A stretch of DNA of 64,000 bases, from assembly GCF_028368995.1 (NCBI RefSeq), contig NZ_JAQNDL010000003.1:2560001-2624000 (forward strand), read 5' to 3'. Made by a program: the position numbers and the translations under genes. Below, piece by piece: positions 53,256-61,651 of this stretch. The notes below the pieces were generated by a model. It did not search any database and was not told the DNA's origin. It worked only from the letters and a program-made list of their open reading frames with translations. The first letter of the stretch is position 1, and every line of letters starts with the position of its first letter. The DNA is from Nannocystis bainbridge. Its GTDB lineage: Bacteria > Myxococcota_A > Polyangia > Nannocystales > Nannocystaceae.

Positions 53256-53882
53256 ATGTCGCTGACGATCACCGAGGCGCGCATCAACGGGCTCCTGAAC
53301 ACGCTCGTCACCGCCGCCAGCGGCGACTACGACGTCCGCGTCGCGCTCGAGGAGCACGAGGATCCGTTGCTCGACGTCGAGCTCGGCATCAACTACCTGC
53401 TCGACGAGCTGATCGAGCGCCGGACCCAGAACGAGGCCCAGGAGGAGGAGTTGCTGACGCGCGCGCGCCAGCTCGCGCGCCAGCAGGACGAGCTGGTGCA
53501 GGCGCTCTCGACCCCGGTGATCGCCGTGTGGCCCGGCGTGCTGGCGCTGCCGCTGGTCGGTCGCATCGACGACGCGCGGGCCGCCGTCATCACCGCCACC
53601 CTGCTGGAGCGCATCGCCGCCGAGCGGGCAAGCCACGTCATCCTCGATCTCACCGGCGTCGCCGCGATCGCCGACGCCACCATGCCGGCGCTGCTCCGCA
53701 TGATCCGCGCGATCGGCCTGCTCGGCGCCCGCTGCTTGCTCACTGGCATCCGCGCCGAAGTCGCCCCGCAGATCGTCGCGCTCGGCGGCAACGACCTCCA
53801 CGTCCGCGCCCTCGCGCGACTGTCCGACGCGCTCGCCCTGGTGCTCGCCGACAAGGGCGCGCTCGACCAGCCCCACCGATAG
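53256..53882 (+). CDS. RsbR-like STAS protein (copy 2)
   Basis: Close paralogue of 52277-52903, same length (208 aa). Confidence 0.85.
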   Translation: MSLTITEARINGLLNTLVTAASGDYDVRVALEEHEDPLLDVELGINYLLDELIERRTQNEAQEEELLTRARQLARQQDELVQALSTPVIAVWPGVLALPLVGRIDDARAAVITATLLERIAAERASHVILDLTGVAAIADATMPALLRMIRAIGLLGARCLLTGIRAEVAPQIVALGGNDLHVRALARLSDALALVLADKGALDQPHR

Positions 53883-53895
53883 GACCTGACCGCCC

Positions 53896-54258
53896 ATGCC
53901 GTTCGTTTTCGCAGAGGCCACGACCCCGCAGGGCAAACCACTGCTGCGGATCCACGTCCGCGACGAGGTCACGATCACCGACGCCGAGGCGCTCGGCGCC
54001 CGCATCGAGGACGACGGGCCCAACCATCGCTGGCGGATCCTCAGCGTCGTCGAGAAGGGCACCGAATACTCGCCCGCGGCCCGCAGGTACTTCCCCAACC
54101 TGCAGCCCAAGTACGGCGCGATCGCCGTCGCCGTCACCAGCCCGATCGTGCGCGCCGCGATCAACATGATGATGCGGCTGACGGGCCAGGCGCCGAACTT
54201 GCGCCTGTTCTCCAGCGAGGCCGAGGCCCTGGCCTGGCTGGACCAGCTCGAGATCTGA
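53896..54258 (+). CDS. Small SpoIIAA-like (STAS/SEC14) protein (copy 2)
   Basis: GTEYSPAAR, SPIVRAAI, LFSSEAEALAWL. Confidence 0.7.
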   Translation: MPFVFAEATTPQGKPLLRIHVRDEVTITDAEALGARIEDDGPNHRWRILSVVEKGTEYSPAARRYFPNLQPKYGAIAVAVTSPIVRAAINMMMRLTGQAPNLRLFSSEAEALAWLDQLEI

Positions 54259-54340
54259 CGCCGGCCTCGGCCCGCGCGCCGATTCGCCCAGCGGCGCGCG
54301 GATCCGCCGCGCCGTGGTATAAGGTGCGCCGCCCGGGCCC

Positions 54341-55366
54341 GTGAAGCTCATCATCCAGATCCCCTGCCTCAACGAGCGGGAGCACCTGCCGGCGACCTTC
54401 GCCGACCTGCCGCGCGCGCTGCCGGGGATCGACAGCATCGAGGTGCTCGTCATCGACGACGGCAGCACCGACGGCACCGCCGCCGTGGCCGAGCAGATCG
54501 GCGTCCATCATGTGCTGCGGTTCCCCGGCCACCGCGGGCTCGCGGTCGCGTTCCAGGCCGGCGTCGACGCCTGCCTCGCGCTCGGGGCCGACATCATCGT
54601 CAACACCGACGCCGACAATCAGTACCCGGGCGCCGACATCGTCCGCCTGTGCGCGCCGATCCTCGAGGGCCGCGCGGACCTGGTGGTGGGCGACCGGCAG
54701 ACCGACCAGATCCCGCACTTCGGCCCGCTCAAGCGGCTGCTGCAGCGCTGGGGCTCGCGCGTGGTCCGGCGCGCCTCGGGCACGACGGTGCGCGACTCGA
54801 CCAGCGGCTTTCGGGCCATGAACCGGCGGGCCGCCGCCGCGCTGTTCGTGCACAACCGCTTCACCTACACCCTCGAGTCGATCATCCAGGCCGGCGCCGC
54901 CGGCCTCACGATCGCCGACGTCACGATCACCACCAACCCGGAGCTCCGGCGCTCGCGCCTGTTCCGCTCGATGGGCAGCTACGTCCGCCGCAACGGCGCC
55001 GTCATCGTCCGCTCGTACGGCATGTACTGGCCGGTCCAGACCTTCGGCCTGATAAGCCTGCTGCTGCTCGCGTTCGGCCTCGCGCTCGGCGGCCGCTTCA
55101 CCTACTACTACCTGTCCCGTTGGCCAGACGAGAGCGGCCACACCGAGTCGCTGCTGGTCGGCGTCGGCGCGGTCGTGCTGGCCTTTTTGGTCGCGCTGAT
55201 GGCGTTCCTCGGCGACCTCAGCGCCGCCAACCGACGGCTGACCGAGCAGGTGCTGACGCAGGTCCGCGGCCTGTCGGCGGCGCTCGCGGCCCAGCAGGCC
55301 GCGCCGGCCATCGCCGGCCACCGCCGCACCGCCGCCGCCCCGTGGCAGCCGGAGGCGCGCGCGTGA
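54341..55366 (+). CDS. GT2 polyprenol-phosphate glycosyltransferase (DPM-synthase-like)
   Basis: IPCLNE, IDDGSTD, TDADNQY, DSTSGFRA, two C-terminal TM segments. Confidence 0.88.
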   Translation: MKLIIQIPCLNEREHLPATFADLPRALPGIDSIEVLVIDDGSTDGTAAVAEQIGVHHVLRFPGHRGLAVAFQAGVDACLALGADIIVNTDADNQYPGADIVRLCAPILEGRADLVVGDRQTDQIPHFGPLKRLLQRWGSRVVRRASGTTVRDSTSGFRAMNRRAAAALFVHNRFTYTLESIIQAGAAGLTIADVTITTNPELRRSRLFRSMGSYVRRNGAVIVRSYGMYWPVQTFGLISLLLLAFGLALGGRFTYYYLSRWPDESGHTESLLVGVGAVVLAFLVALMAFLGDLSAANRRLTEQVLTQVRGLSAALAAQQAAPAIAGHRRTAAAPWQPEARA

Positions 55367-55965
55367 GGGTCGACGCCGGCAACGTCGTCGGCAACGCCGA
55401 GGCCAAGTACGACCACCCCAACCCGATCGCCCGCCGCCTGGTCGCCGGCTTCAAGCGGGCCGTCGGCGACCTGTACCTTCGGACATGTCCCGAGAGCGTG
55501 CTCGAGGTCGGCTGCGGCGAGGGCCTGCTGGCCGACAGCCTGATCCGCCTGCGCCGGCCGGCCTCGTTCGCGGCCTGCGACGTCGACCTCTCGCGGCTCG
55601 CCCCCGACCTCGATCCGCACCTGAACTTTCAGACAGCCTCGATCTATCAGCTGCCGCAGGCCGACCGCAGCGTCGACCTGGTGATCGCCTGCGAGGTGCT
55701 GGAGCACCTCGAGGACCCGGCCGCCGGCCTGCGCGAGCTGGCCCGCGTCGCTCGCCGGGCCGTGCTGATCAGCACCCCGTGGGAGCCGGTGTGGCGCCTG
55801 CTCAACCTCGCCCGCGGCCGCTACGTGCGCGCGCTCGGCAACACCCCCGGGCACATCCAGCACTTCTCGCGGCGGGGCCTGCTGCGGCTGGCCGACACGC
55901 GCCTGCGCGTGGTCGAGGTGCGACGGCCCTTGCCGTGGACGGTGATCCTCGGTGAGCCGCGATGA
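55363..55965 (+). CDS. Class I SAM-dependent methyltransferase
   Basis: VLEVGCGEG, EVLEHL, STP.EP, PGHIQHF; GTGA overlap. Confidence 0.85.
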   Translation: MRVDAGNVVGNAEAKYDHPNPIARRLVAGFKRAVGDLYLRTCPESVLEVGCGEGLLADSLIRLRRPASFAACDVDLSRLAPDLDPHLNFQTASIYQLPQADRSVDLVIACEVLEHLEDPAAGLRELARVARRAVLISTPWEPVWRLLNLARGRYVRALGNTPGHIQHFSRRGLLRLADTRLRVVEVRRPLPWTVILGEPR

Positions 55966-58889
55966 GCGGCGCGGGCTCTCGCGGCCGGCTGCTTCGACTG
56001 GCCGTTCGGACATGGCCCTTCGCGCTGGTCACCGCGCTCGGCCTGTGGCTGCTGTGGCCGGTGCCCGCCGGCGTGATGCCGCTGTCGGCCGATCACACGG
56101 TGCACCTCACGCGCGCCTGGCTCTACGGCCAGCAGCTCGCCGGCGGCCACCTGGTCGGCTGGAGCCCGTTCTGGTTCTTCGGCTTCCCGCTCGGCGAGCT
56201 CTACCCGCCGCTCGGTGACCTGCTGGTCCTCGCCGTCCGCGGGCTCAGCCTCGGCCTGCTCGACTGGGCCCAGGCGTACGCGCTCGCGTTCACCCTCGTG
56301 TTCCTGCTGCAGGGCTGGGCCCTGCTCCGCTGCGGCCGCGCCCTCGGCCTCGGCCCGCTCGCCGGGCTCGTCGCCGCCGCCCTGGCCCTGCTCGACGCGG
56401 GGGCCTACCGCGAGGGCGGGTGGGTCTACACCGTCACTTACGGGGTCTGGCCGCAGGCCCTGGCCACCAGCCTGGCCTACTGGGCCCTCGCCGAGCTGGC
56501 CCTCGCCGCACGTGTCCGCGAGGGCATGTCCCCGGGGACACATCACCGCCACCTCGCCCTCGCCGCCTTCGCCACCGCCGGCGCCGTGCTGGCCCACCCG
56601 ATGAGCCTGCCGATGCTCGCCATGGCCGCCCCGCTGTGGCTGCTCACCGTCGGCTTGCGCGGCCCCGGGGGGCCGCAGGGCCGGAACGATTCGAGCGCGC
56701 CGGGGGTCGCAGGGAGGCCTGTCCCTGCGGCTATCTCGTCCAGCGCAGCCTCGCCTGTCCCTTCGGCCATCTCGGCCTGCGCGAACTCGCCTGTCCCTGC
56801 GGCCATCTCGGCCAGTGCAGCCTCGCCTGTCCTTTCGGCCATCTCCACCGGCTCGCGCTCACCTGTCCCTTCGGCCATCTCGGCCTGCGCGAACTCGCCT
56901 GTCCCTGCGGCCATCTCGGCCAGTGCAGGCTCGCCTGTCCTTTCGGCCATCTCCACCGGCTCGCGCTCACCTGTCCCTTCGGTCAGCCCCATCACCCGCC
57001 GCGAGCGGCTCGCCGGCGCCGCCCTCGACCTCGCGCTGGCGCTCGGCCTCGGCCTCGCGCTGGCCGCCTGGTGGCTGTGGCCGATGAGCGCCCACCGCGG
57101 CTACATGGCCAGCTACGGCTGGCTCTACGCCCCGCTCGACGCCATGGTGCGCATGCTGCGGGCGGGCCAGTGGACCCAGCTCATGGCGCCCGCGGCCGGC
57201 TTCACGGCGCTGCTCGGGCTCGGGATCGCCGCCGTGCGCGGCTCCGGCTTCCTCCGCTTCCTCGCCCTGCTCGCCCTGCTCCACTGGCTGCTCGCCAGCA
57301 CCGACGTGTTCTGGACCCTGCGCCTCGATCGCCTCAGCAGCGGCTTCTCGCACATCCAGTACCAGCGGTTCCTGACGGCCGCCAAGCCGGCCCTGTTCCT
57401 GCTCGCCGGCGCCGTCGTCGGCGGTCTCGCGGTCCTGGCCCGCAGGACATGGTCCAAACGCCCTGCCCTACGAGCCATGTCTATCGGGACAGCCGTCGTC
57501 GCCGCCGCGCTCGTCGCCTGGCTCGCGCGCGACGCCTGGAACCTGGCCCGGCGCCACGGCGTCGGCGTGGTCCAGGTCGAGCGAGTGCCCGGAGATCCCG
57601 CCTTCGAGGCCGCGTACCAGCAGTTCCTCGCGTGGGCCGCGAGCGCCCGCCAGGGCCAGCCCGCGGGCGGGCGGATCGCCGTCCGCACCGACCGCAACGC
57701 CCACTGGTTCATGGACAGCCCGGTCTACACCGGCGCGCCGATCTACAAGCTCGGCTTCACCCCCGGCGACAACTTCGTCCACAAGCCCGAGGCCGGCTCT
57801 TCGCGCATCCTCGACCTCGCCCAGGCCCGCTATCTGCTCACCACCGGCGGCAGCGGGGCCTCGCAGATCGCCAGCTTCGGCCCCCTCCGCGTGTTCGAGC
57901 GCCCCGGCGCCGCCGGCATCGCCCGCGTCGACGGCCCCGGCGAGCTCCGCGTCGAGGCGGCCGACCTGCAGGCCGGCCGCGTGCGCGTGCGCCTGACCGG
58001 CACCGCGCCTGACTCGCGCCTGGTGTTCCACGTCGCCGGCTACCCGCGCTGGGACCTGTCCTTTCAGCCAGGCGACGACGCGCCCGCCGAGTCGGTCCCG
58101 TGGATCGAGGTCCCCGTGGTCGGCGACGGCCCGACCGCCACGCCGGAGCAGCGGCTGCGCGGCGAGCTGCGCGGCGGCAAGGCCCTCGGCGACGACGGCA
58201 GCGAGCCGACGCTGATCGCCGCGCCCGCGCGCGACGGCGTGTTCGAGCTCCACTACGCCCGCTGGCGCTGGTTCGACGCCGCCGGCCTGCTGGCCAGCCT
58301 CGCGGCCCTGATCGCATGTGTCTCTTTGCTCAGGTCGCCGCGCCTGGTCGATCGCCTGGGCCCGCTCGCCCGCCGCCTCGCCCACCCCGCCGTGCTCGCC
58401 GCCCTCGTCGCCGCCGCGCTGCTCGTCGCCGGCCTGCGCTGGCGCGCCGCTGCCGGGCGCGAGCGCCCGCAGGCCAGCGCCCGCCTCGCCGACGGCCGCG
58501 CGACCGCCACGCACGCGCGCAGCGGCCCGCTGAAGACCGACATGTTGATCTTCCCGGCCGTGCTCGCCGACCCGCGCCGCCCCACCGAGGTCGTCTTCGA
58601 GGGCGTCGCCCCCGGGCCCACGCTCGACGCCTGGTTCGCGCTCGACGACGACGACGCCAAGCAGCGCCGCCGCGGCTCCTACCGCGTCCAGGTCGACGCC
58701 CGCGCGCCCGGCAGCCCCGCGTGGACCCCCCTCGCCGACTTCACCGCGGCCCACCGCCCCGATCGCCAGCGCCCACGCATACCTGTCCCCGAGGACATGC
58801 AACGCGCCGCCGACCTCACCGTCCGCATCACCCCCTCGGGCGAAGCACCGCCGAGGTTCGGCTTCGACGTCGTGCTGGCAGATCCGTGA
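55962..58889 (+). CDS. Large polytopic membrane protein, GT-C/YfhO-like, with repeat insertion
   Basis: DH..H, GW...WFFGFP...YPPL, many TM segments, periplasmic region with YPRW. Confidence 0.7.
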   Translation: MSGAGSRGRLLRLAVRTWPFALVTALGLWLLWPVPAGVMPLSADHTVHLTRAWLYGQQLAGGHLVGWSPFWFFGFPLGELYPPLGDLLVLAVRGLSLGLLDWAQAYALAFTLVFLLQGWALLRCGRALGLGPLAGLVAAALALLDAGAYREGGWVYTVTYGVWPQALATSLAYWALAELALAARVREGMSPGTHHRHLALAAFATAGAVLAHPMSLPMLAMAAPLWLLTVGLRGPGGPQGRNDSSAPGVAGRPVPAAISSSAASPVPSAISACANSPVPAAISASAASPVLSAISTGSRSPVPSAISACANSPVPAAISASAGSPVLSAISTGSRSPVPSVSPITRRERLAGAALDLALALGLGLALAAWWLWPMSAHRGYMASYGWLYAPLDAMVRMLRAGQWTQLMAPAAGFTALLGLGIAAVRGSGFLRFLALLALLHWLLASTDVFWTLRLDRLSSGFSHIQYQRFLTAAKPALFLLAGAVVGGLAVLARRTWSKRPALRAMSIGTAVVAAALVAWLARDAWNLARRHGVGVVQVERVPGDPAFEAAYQQFLAWAASARQGQPAGGRIAVRTDRNAHWFMDSPVYTGAPIYKLGFTPGDNFVHKPEAGSSRILDLAQARYLLTTGGSGASQIASFGPLRVFERPGAAGIARVDGPGELRVEAADLQAGRVRVRLTGTAPDSRLVFHVAGYPRWDLSFQPGDDAPAESVPWIEVPVVGDGPTATPEQRLRGELRGGKALGDDGSEPTLIAAPARDGVFELHYARWRWFDAAGLLASLAALIACVSLLRSPRLVDRLGPLARRLAHPAVLAALVAAALLVAGLRWRAAAGRERPQASARLADGRATATHARSGPLKTDMLIFPAVLADPRRPTEVVFEGVAPGPTLDAWFALDDDDAKQRRRGSYRVQVDARAPGSPAWTPLADFTAAHRPDRQRPRIPVPEDMQRAADLTVRITPSGEAPPRFGFDVVLADP
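56715..56990 (+). repeat. In-frame 36-nt tandem repeat x8 (SPVPSAISACAN-like)
   Basis: CCTGTCC with TGTC at 56720, 56756, 56792, 56828, 56864, 56900, 56936, 56972. Confidence 0.92.
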
Positions 58890-59031
58890 TTTTTTGTCCG
58901 TTGCAGGCTGTCCTCGAGGACATGTGAAGCTTGCTCCCAGCCCCTCCGACGCAACGACGTAGCTCGCCCCGTTGCGGCCAGCCTGCAAACGAGTAGCCCT
59001 GCCCCGCGCGCCCGCGTGGGCTCCCTCAGCA

Positions 59032-59454
59032 CCTCGACCTCCGCCTGCTCTCGCTCGCTCATGCAATCGCGTGGCGCCCACGCAATCCGGTAGACCTCGA
59101 CTTCGACCTTGCCCGCTCGCGCTCGACCCACGCAATCACGAAGTGACTCGCAAGCCCCTCGACCTCGCCTGCTCTCGCTCCCGTTCACCGCAGACATCAC
59201 GTAGCGCCCGCACAATCCGGCAGTTCCCTCGACCTCGACTGCTCGCGCTTGCCCCCAAGCGATCACGTAGTGCCCACACAATCCGGTAGCCCTCGACCTC
59301 GACTGCCCTCGCTCGCCGACACAATCACGTAGCGCCACTCGATCCGGAGGCCTCACCTGCTCGCGCTCGCACCACGCAATCACATAGTGCCCGCGCAATC
59401 CGGAAGACGCTCGACCTCTTGCACCGCTCGCGCTCGCCCACGCAACCGCGTAGG
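59032..59454. repeat. Degenerate ~62-nt tandem repeat x7, intergenic
   Basis: Units start at about 59032, 59095, 59157, 59227, 59291, 59351, 59410; blocks CCTCGACCTC, GCTCGC, CAATCACGTAG, CAATCCGG. Confidence 0.88.
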
Positions 59455-59554
59455 CGGACTCGGGCCCGCTCACGAGCCTCCCGCAAAGCGGCCCAGGAAC
59501 CGGGCAGCGTCGCTCGGCCTCGCGCACCCTGCCGACTTCCGCTAAGCTGAGAAC

Positions 59555-60130
59555 ATGCAGCCCGCCGCCCACGGCGCCACGCTCGCCGACCTGCTCGCCG
59601 TCTCTGACGAGAAGCCCTACTTCGAGTTGCTCGAGGGCGAGTTGAGTCAGAAGGCCGCGCCGCTCTTCAGCCACGGGGACACACAGTTCTCGATCGGCGA
59701 ACAAGTCCGTCGCCACTTCCGCGGCCCACCGGGCGGAGACAAGCTCGGTGGCTGGTGGATCGGCGGCGAAGTGCACGTCGAGCTCGCGCCGAACGAGGTC
59801 GTCGTCCCGGACGTGGTCGGCTGGCGCATCGATCGCCTCCCCGAGCCGCCCGCGGGCTTCCCGGTCAAGAGTCGCCCTGACTGGATCTGTGAGGTCGCCT
59901 CGCCCTCCAGCCCCTCGCGCGACACCGTCCGCAAGCTCCGCATGTACCACCGCGCTGGCGTCCCTCACTACTGGATCGCCGACCCCGATCAGCAGACGCT
60001 CACCGTGTTCCGCTGGCAGCCCGAGGGTTACCTCGTGGTGCTCACCACCCAGCCGCCCGAGCAGGTCCGCCCCGAGCCGTTCGAGGCTGTCGAGTACAGC
60101 GTCGCCGCGCTGCTCGGCGTCGGCGAGTAG
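59555..60130 (+). CDS. Uma2-family (DUF820) PD-(D/E)xK endonuclease-like protein
   Basis: ELLEGEL, P..SH, VPDV, PDWICEVASPS, KLRMY..AGVPHYWIADP. Confidence 0.9.
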   Translation: MQPAAHGATLADLLAVSDEKPYFELLEGELSQKAAPLFSHGDTQFSIGEQVRRHFRGPPGGDKLGGWWIGGEVHVELAPNEVVVPDVVGWRIDRLPEPPAGFPVKSRPDWICEVASPSSPSRDTVRKLRMYHRAGVPHYWIADPDQQTLTVFRWQPEGYLVVLTTQPPEQVRPEPFEAVEYSVAALLGVGE

Positions 60131-60211
60131 GCCGCGCTCTTCAGCGTCGGCAAGGACGCCACGCTGCTCGCCGTCCGCAAGTAGACCGCGCTGCTTGCTG
60201 TCGGCAAGGGC
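60104..60211 (+). repeat. 27-nt tandem repeat x4 derived from the Uma2 3' end
   Basis: Units at 60104, 60131, 60158, 60185. Confidence 0.8.
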
Positions 60212-60483
60212 GATGCGCCTCGCGGTCGACCCTCAGCTCCGTCGTCCGGGCGGGCGCCCTGTCGCGCACAGCCGAGCCCGCTGCGAATCCATGGCAGCCG
60301 CGGTGAGCTGGAGACTCTCGAGCGCCCCTCGATATCCTGTCTGAAGGGACAGGTTATTTTTAAAGAATCCCGCTTCCTCCTCCCGGCTCGCCGCCCGCGA
60401 ACTCGAGCGCTGCTGTCGGGCCGCCTGGATGCTCACCGCTCGCCGGCTCGCCTCAAGGCGCGAGTGCGCCCGTGCCGGGCGAC

Positions 60484-60560
60484 GGGCTGGCCGGCGCCTT
60501 CGCGCGAGCCGGGCTGGCCGCTGCCTTCGCGCGGACTGGGCTGGCCCCGCCCGCTGCGGG
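60484..60560. repeat. 27-nt tandem repeat x3
   Basis: GGGCTGGCC at 60484, 60511, 60538. Confidence 0.7.
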
Positions 60561-60645
60561 TGATAGCCTTCTCGGACCGCGATGTCGGCCTTTGCGTCGC
60601 GCCGCGGTTTGCGCGAACCTCTCGAGGCGTCCTCGCCGGAGTCCC

Positions 60646-61551
60646 GTGCGCCGAACCGTCGCTCTCACTGTCCTCGTCGCTCTCGCCTTGCCGGTCCACG
60701 CCGCGCGGGCCGACGACGATCATCGCCCCTTCCGCCGCGGCACCATCTTGCCCAGCCTCTCCCTCGGCGGCTCCTTCTCGCGCAACTACGGCGGCTCCTT
60801 GCTCGTCGGCGCCGGCGCCAGCTACTTCGTCGTCGGCGGTCTCGCCGTCGGCCTGCACCTGCGCAACGTCACCACCTTTTACTCGCAGTACTTCAAGGAC
60901 CAGGTCGGCTCCGACATCTTCGCCAAGATCCCCACCAACGAGCTGAGCCTCACCCCCAGCCTCCTGTGGGTCGTCTATCGCGGCGAGCGATTCGCCCCCT
61001 ACGTCTCCTTCGGCGTCGGCCCCGTGTTCCTCAACAAGCAGCGCGGCGTCCTCGGTCAGTGGACCGTCGGCCCTGGCGTCATGATCCGCGCTGGCGGCTC
61101 GCTTTGGCTCGACCTCGGCTTCGGCCTCGGCATGCGCTTCACCAAGGACCGCTGCCAGGACGCCTACGGTTACCTCGAACCCGTCACCGAGTACGCCTGC
61201 AGCCTCACCTGGGGCTTCCGCGGCGGCCTCGTGTTCGGCCTCGGCGGGCGCAAGCCGGCCCAGCCCTCCGCCCAGCCCTCTCCGCCGGCCAACTACCAGC
61301 CGCCGCCCGCCTCCTCCTACCCGCCGCCCCAGCCGCAACCTGTCCCGAACGCCAGCCCGCCGAGCCCTGCCCCGCCGGTCGAGGCCCCGCTCGAGGGTCC
61401 GCCGCCGCCCGCCACGCCCGCGCCGATGCCGGTCGAGACCCCCACGCCCGCGAACCCGCCCGCCCCGGCCACGCCGCCGCCCGCGATCGCCCCGACCGAC
61501 ACGACCCCCATCCCGCCGGGCGAGAACCTGCCGATCCCGCCTCCCGCTTGA
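60646..61551 (+). CDS. Putative outer-membrane beta-barrel protein with Pro-rich C-terminal tail
   Basis: GGAG RBS, signal peptide ending ARA, alternating Gly/aromatic strands (PYVSFGVG), about 100 aa Pro-rich tail. Confidence 0.6.
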   Translation: MRRTVALTVLVALALPVHAARADDDHRPFRRGTILPSLSLGGSFSRNYGGSLLVGAGASYFVVGGLAVGLHLRNVTTFYSQYFKDQVGSDIFAKIPTNELSLTPSLLWVVYRGERFAPYVSFGVGPVFLNKQRGVLGQWTVGPGVMIRAGGSLWLDLGFGLGMRFTKDRCQDAYGYLEPVTEYACSLTWGFRGGLVFGLGGRKPAQPSAQPSPPANYQPPPASSYPPPQPQPVPNASPPSPAPPVEAPLEGPPPPATPAPMPVETPTPANPPAPATPPPAIAPTDTTPIPPGENLPIPPPA

Positions 61552-61651
61552 GGCCGCGCAGCCGCTCGAGCGAGCCCTGGTGCCTCGCGCCCGTGATTCG
61601 TCGATCCTGGCCGCCTTGATCCGCCCCCTCGCGCCCCGCGTAACCTCGCCC

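Noticed and set aside
59032-59454. CRISPR array
   Set aside because: Units are degenerate along their whole length, with no identical repeats, no unique 30-40 nt spacers and no cas genes in the window.
61250-61551. Pro-rich DNA repeat element
   Set aside because: Low-complexity protein tail with no fixed nucleotide period.
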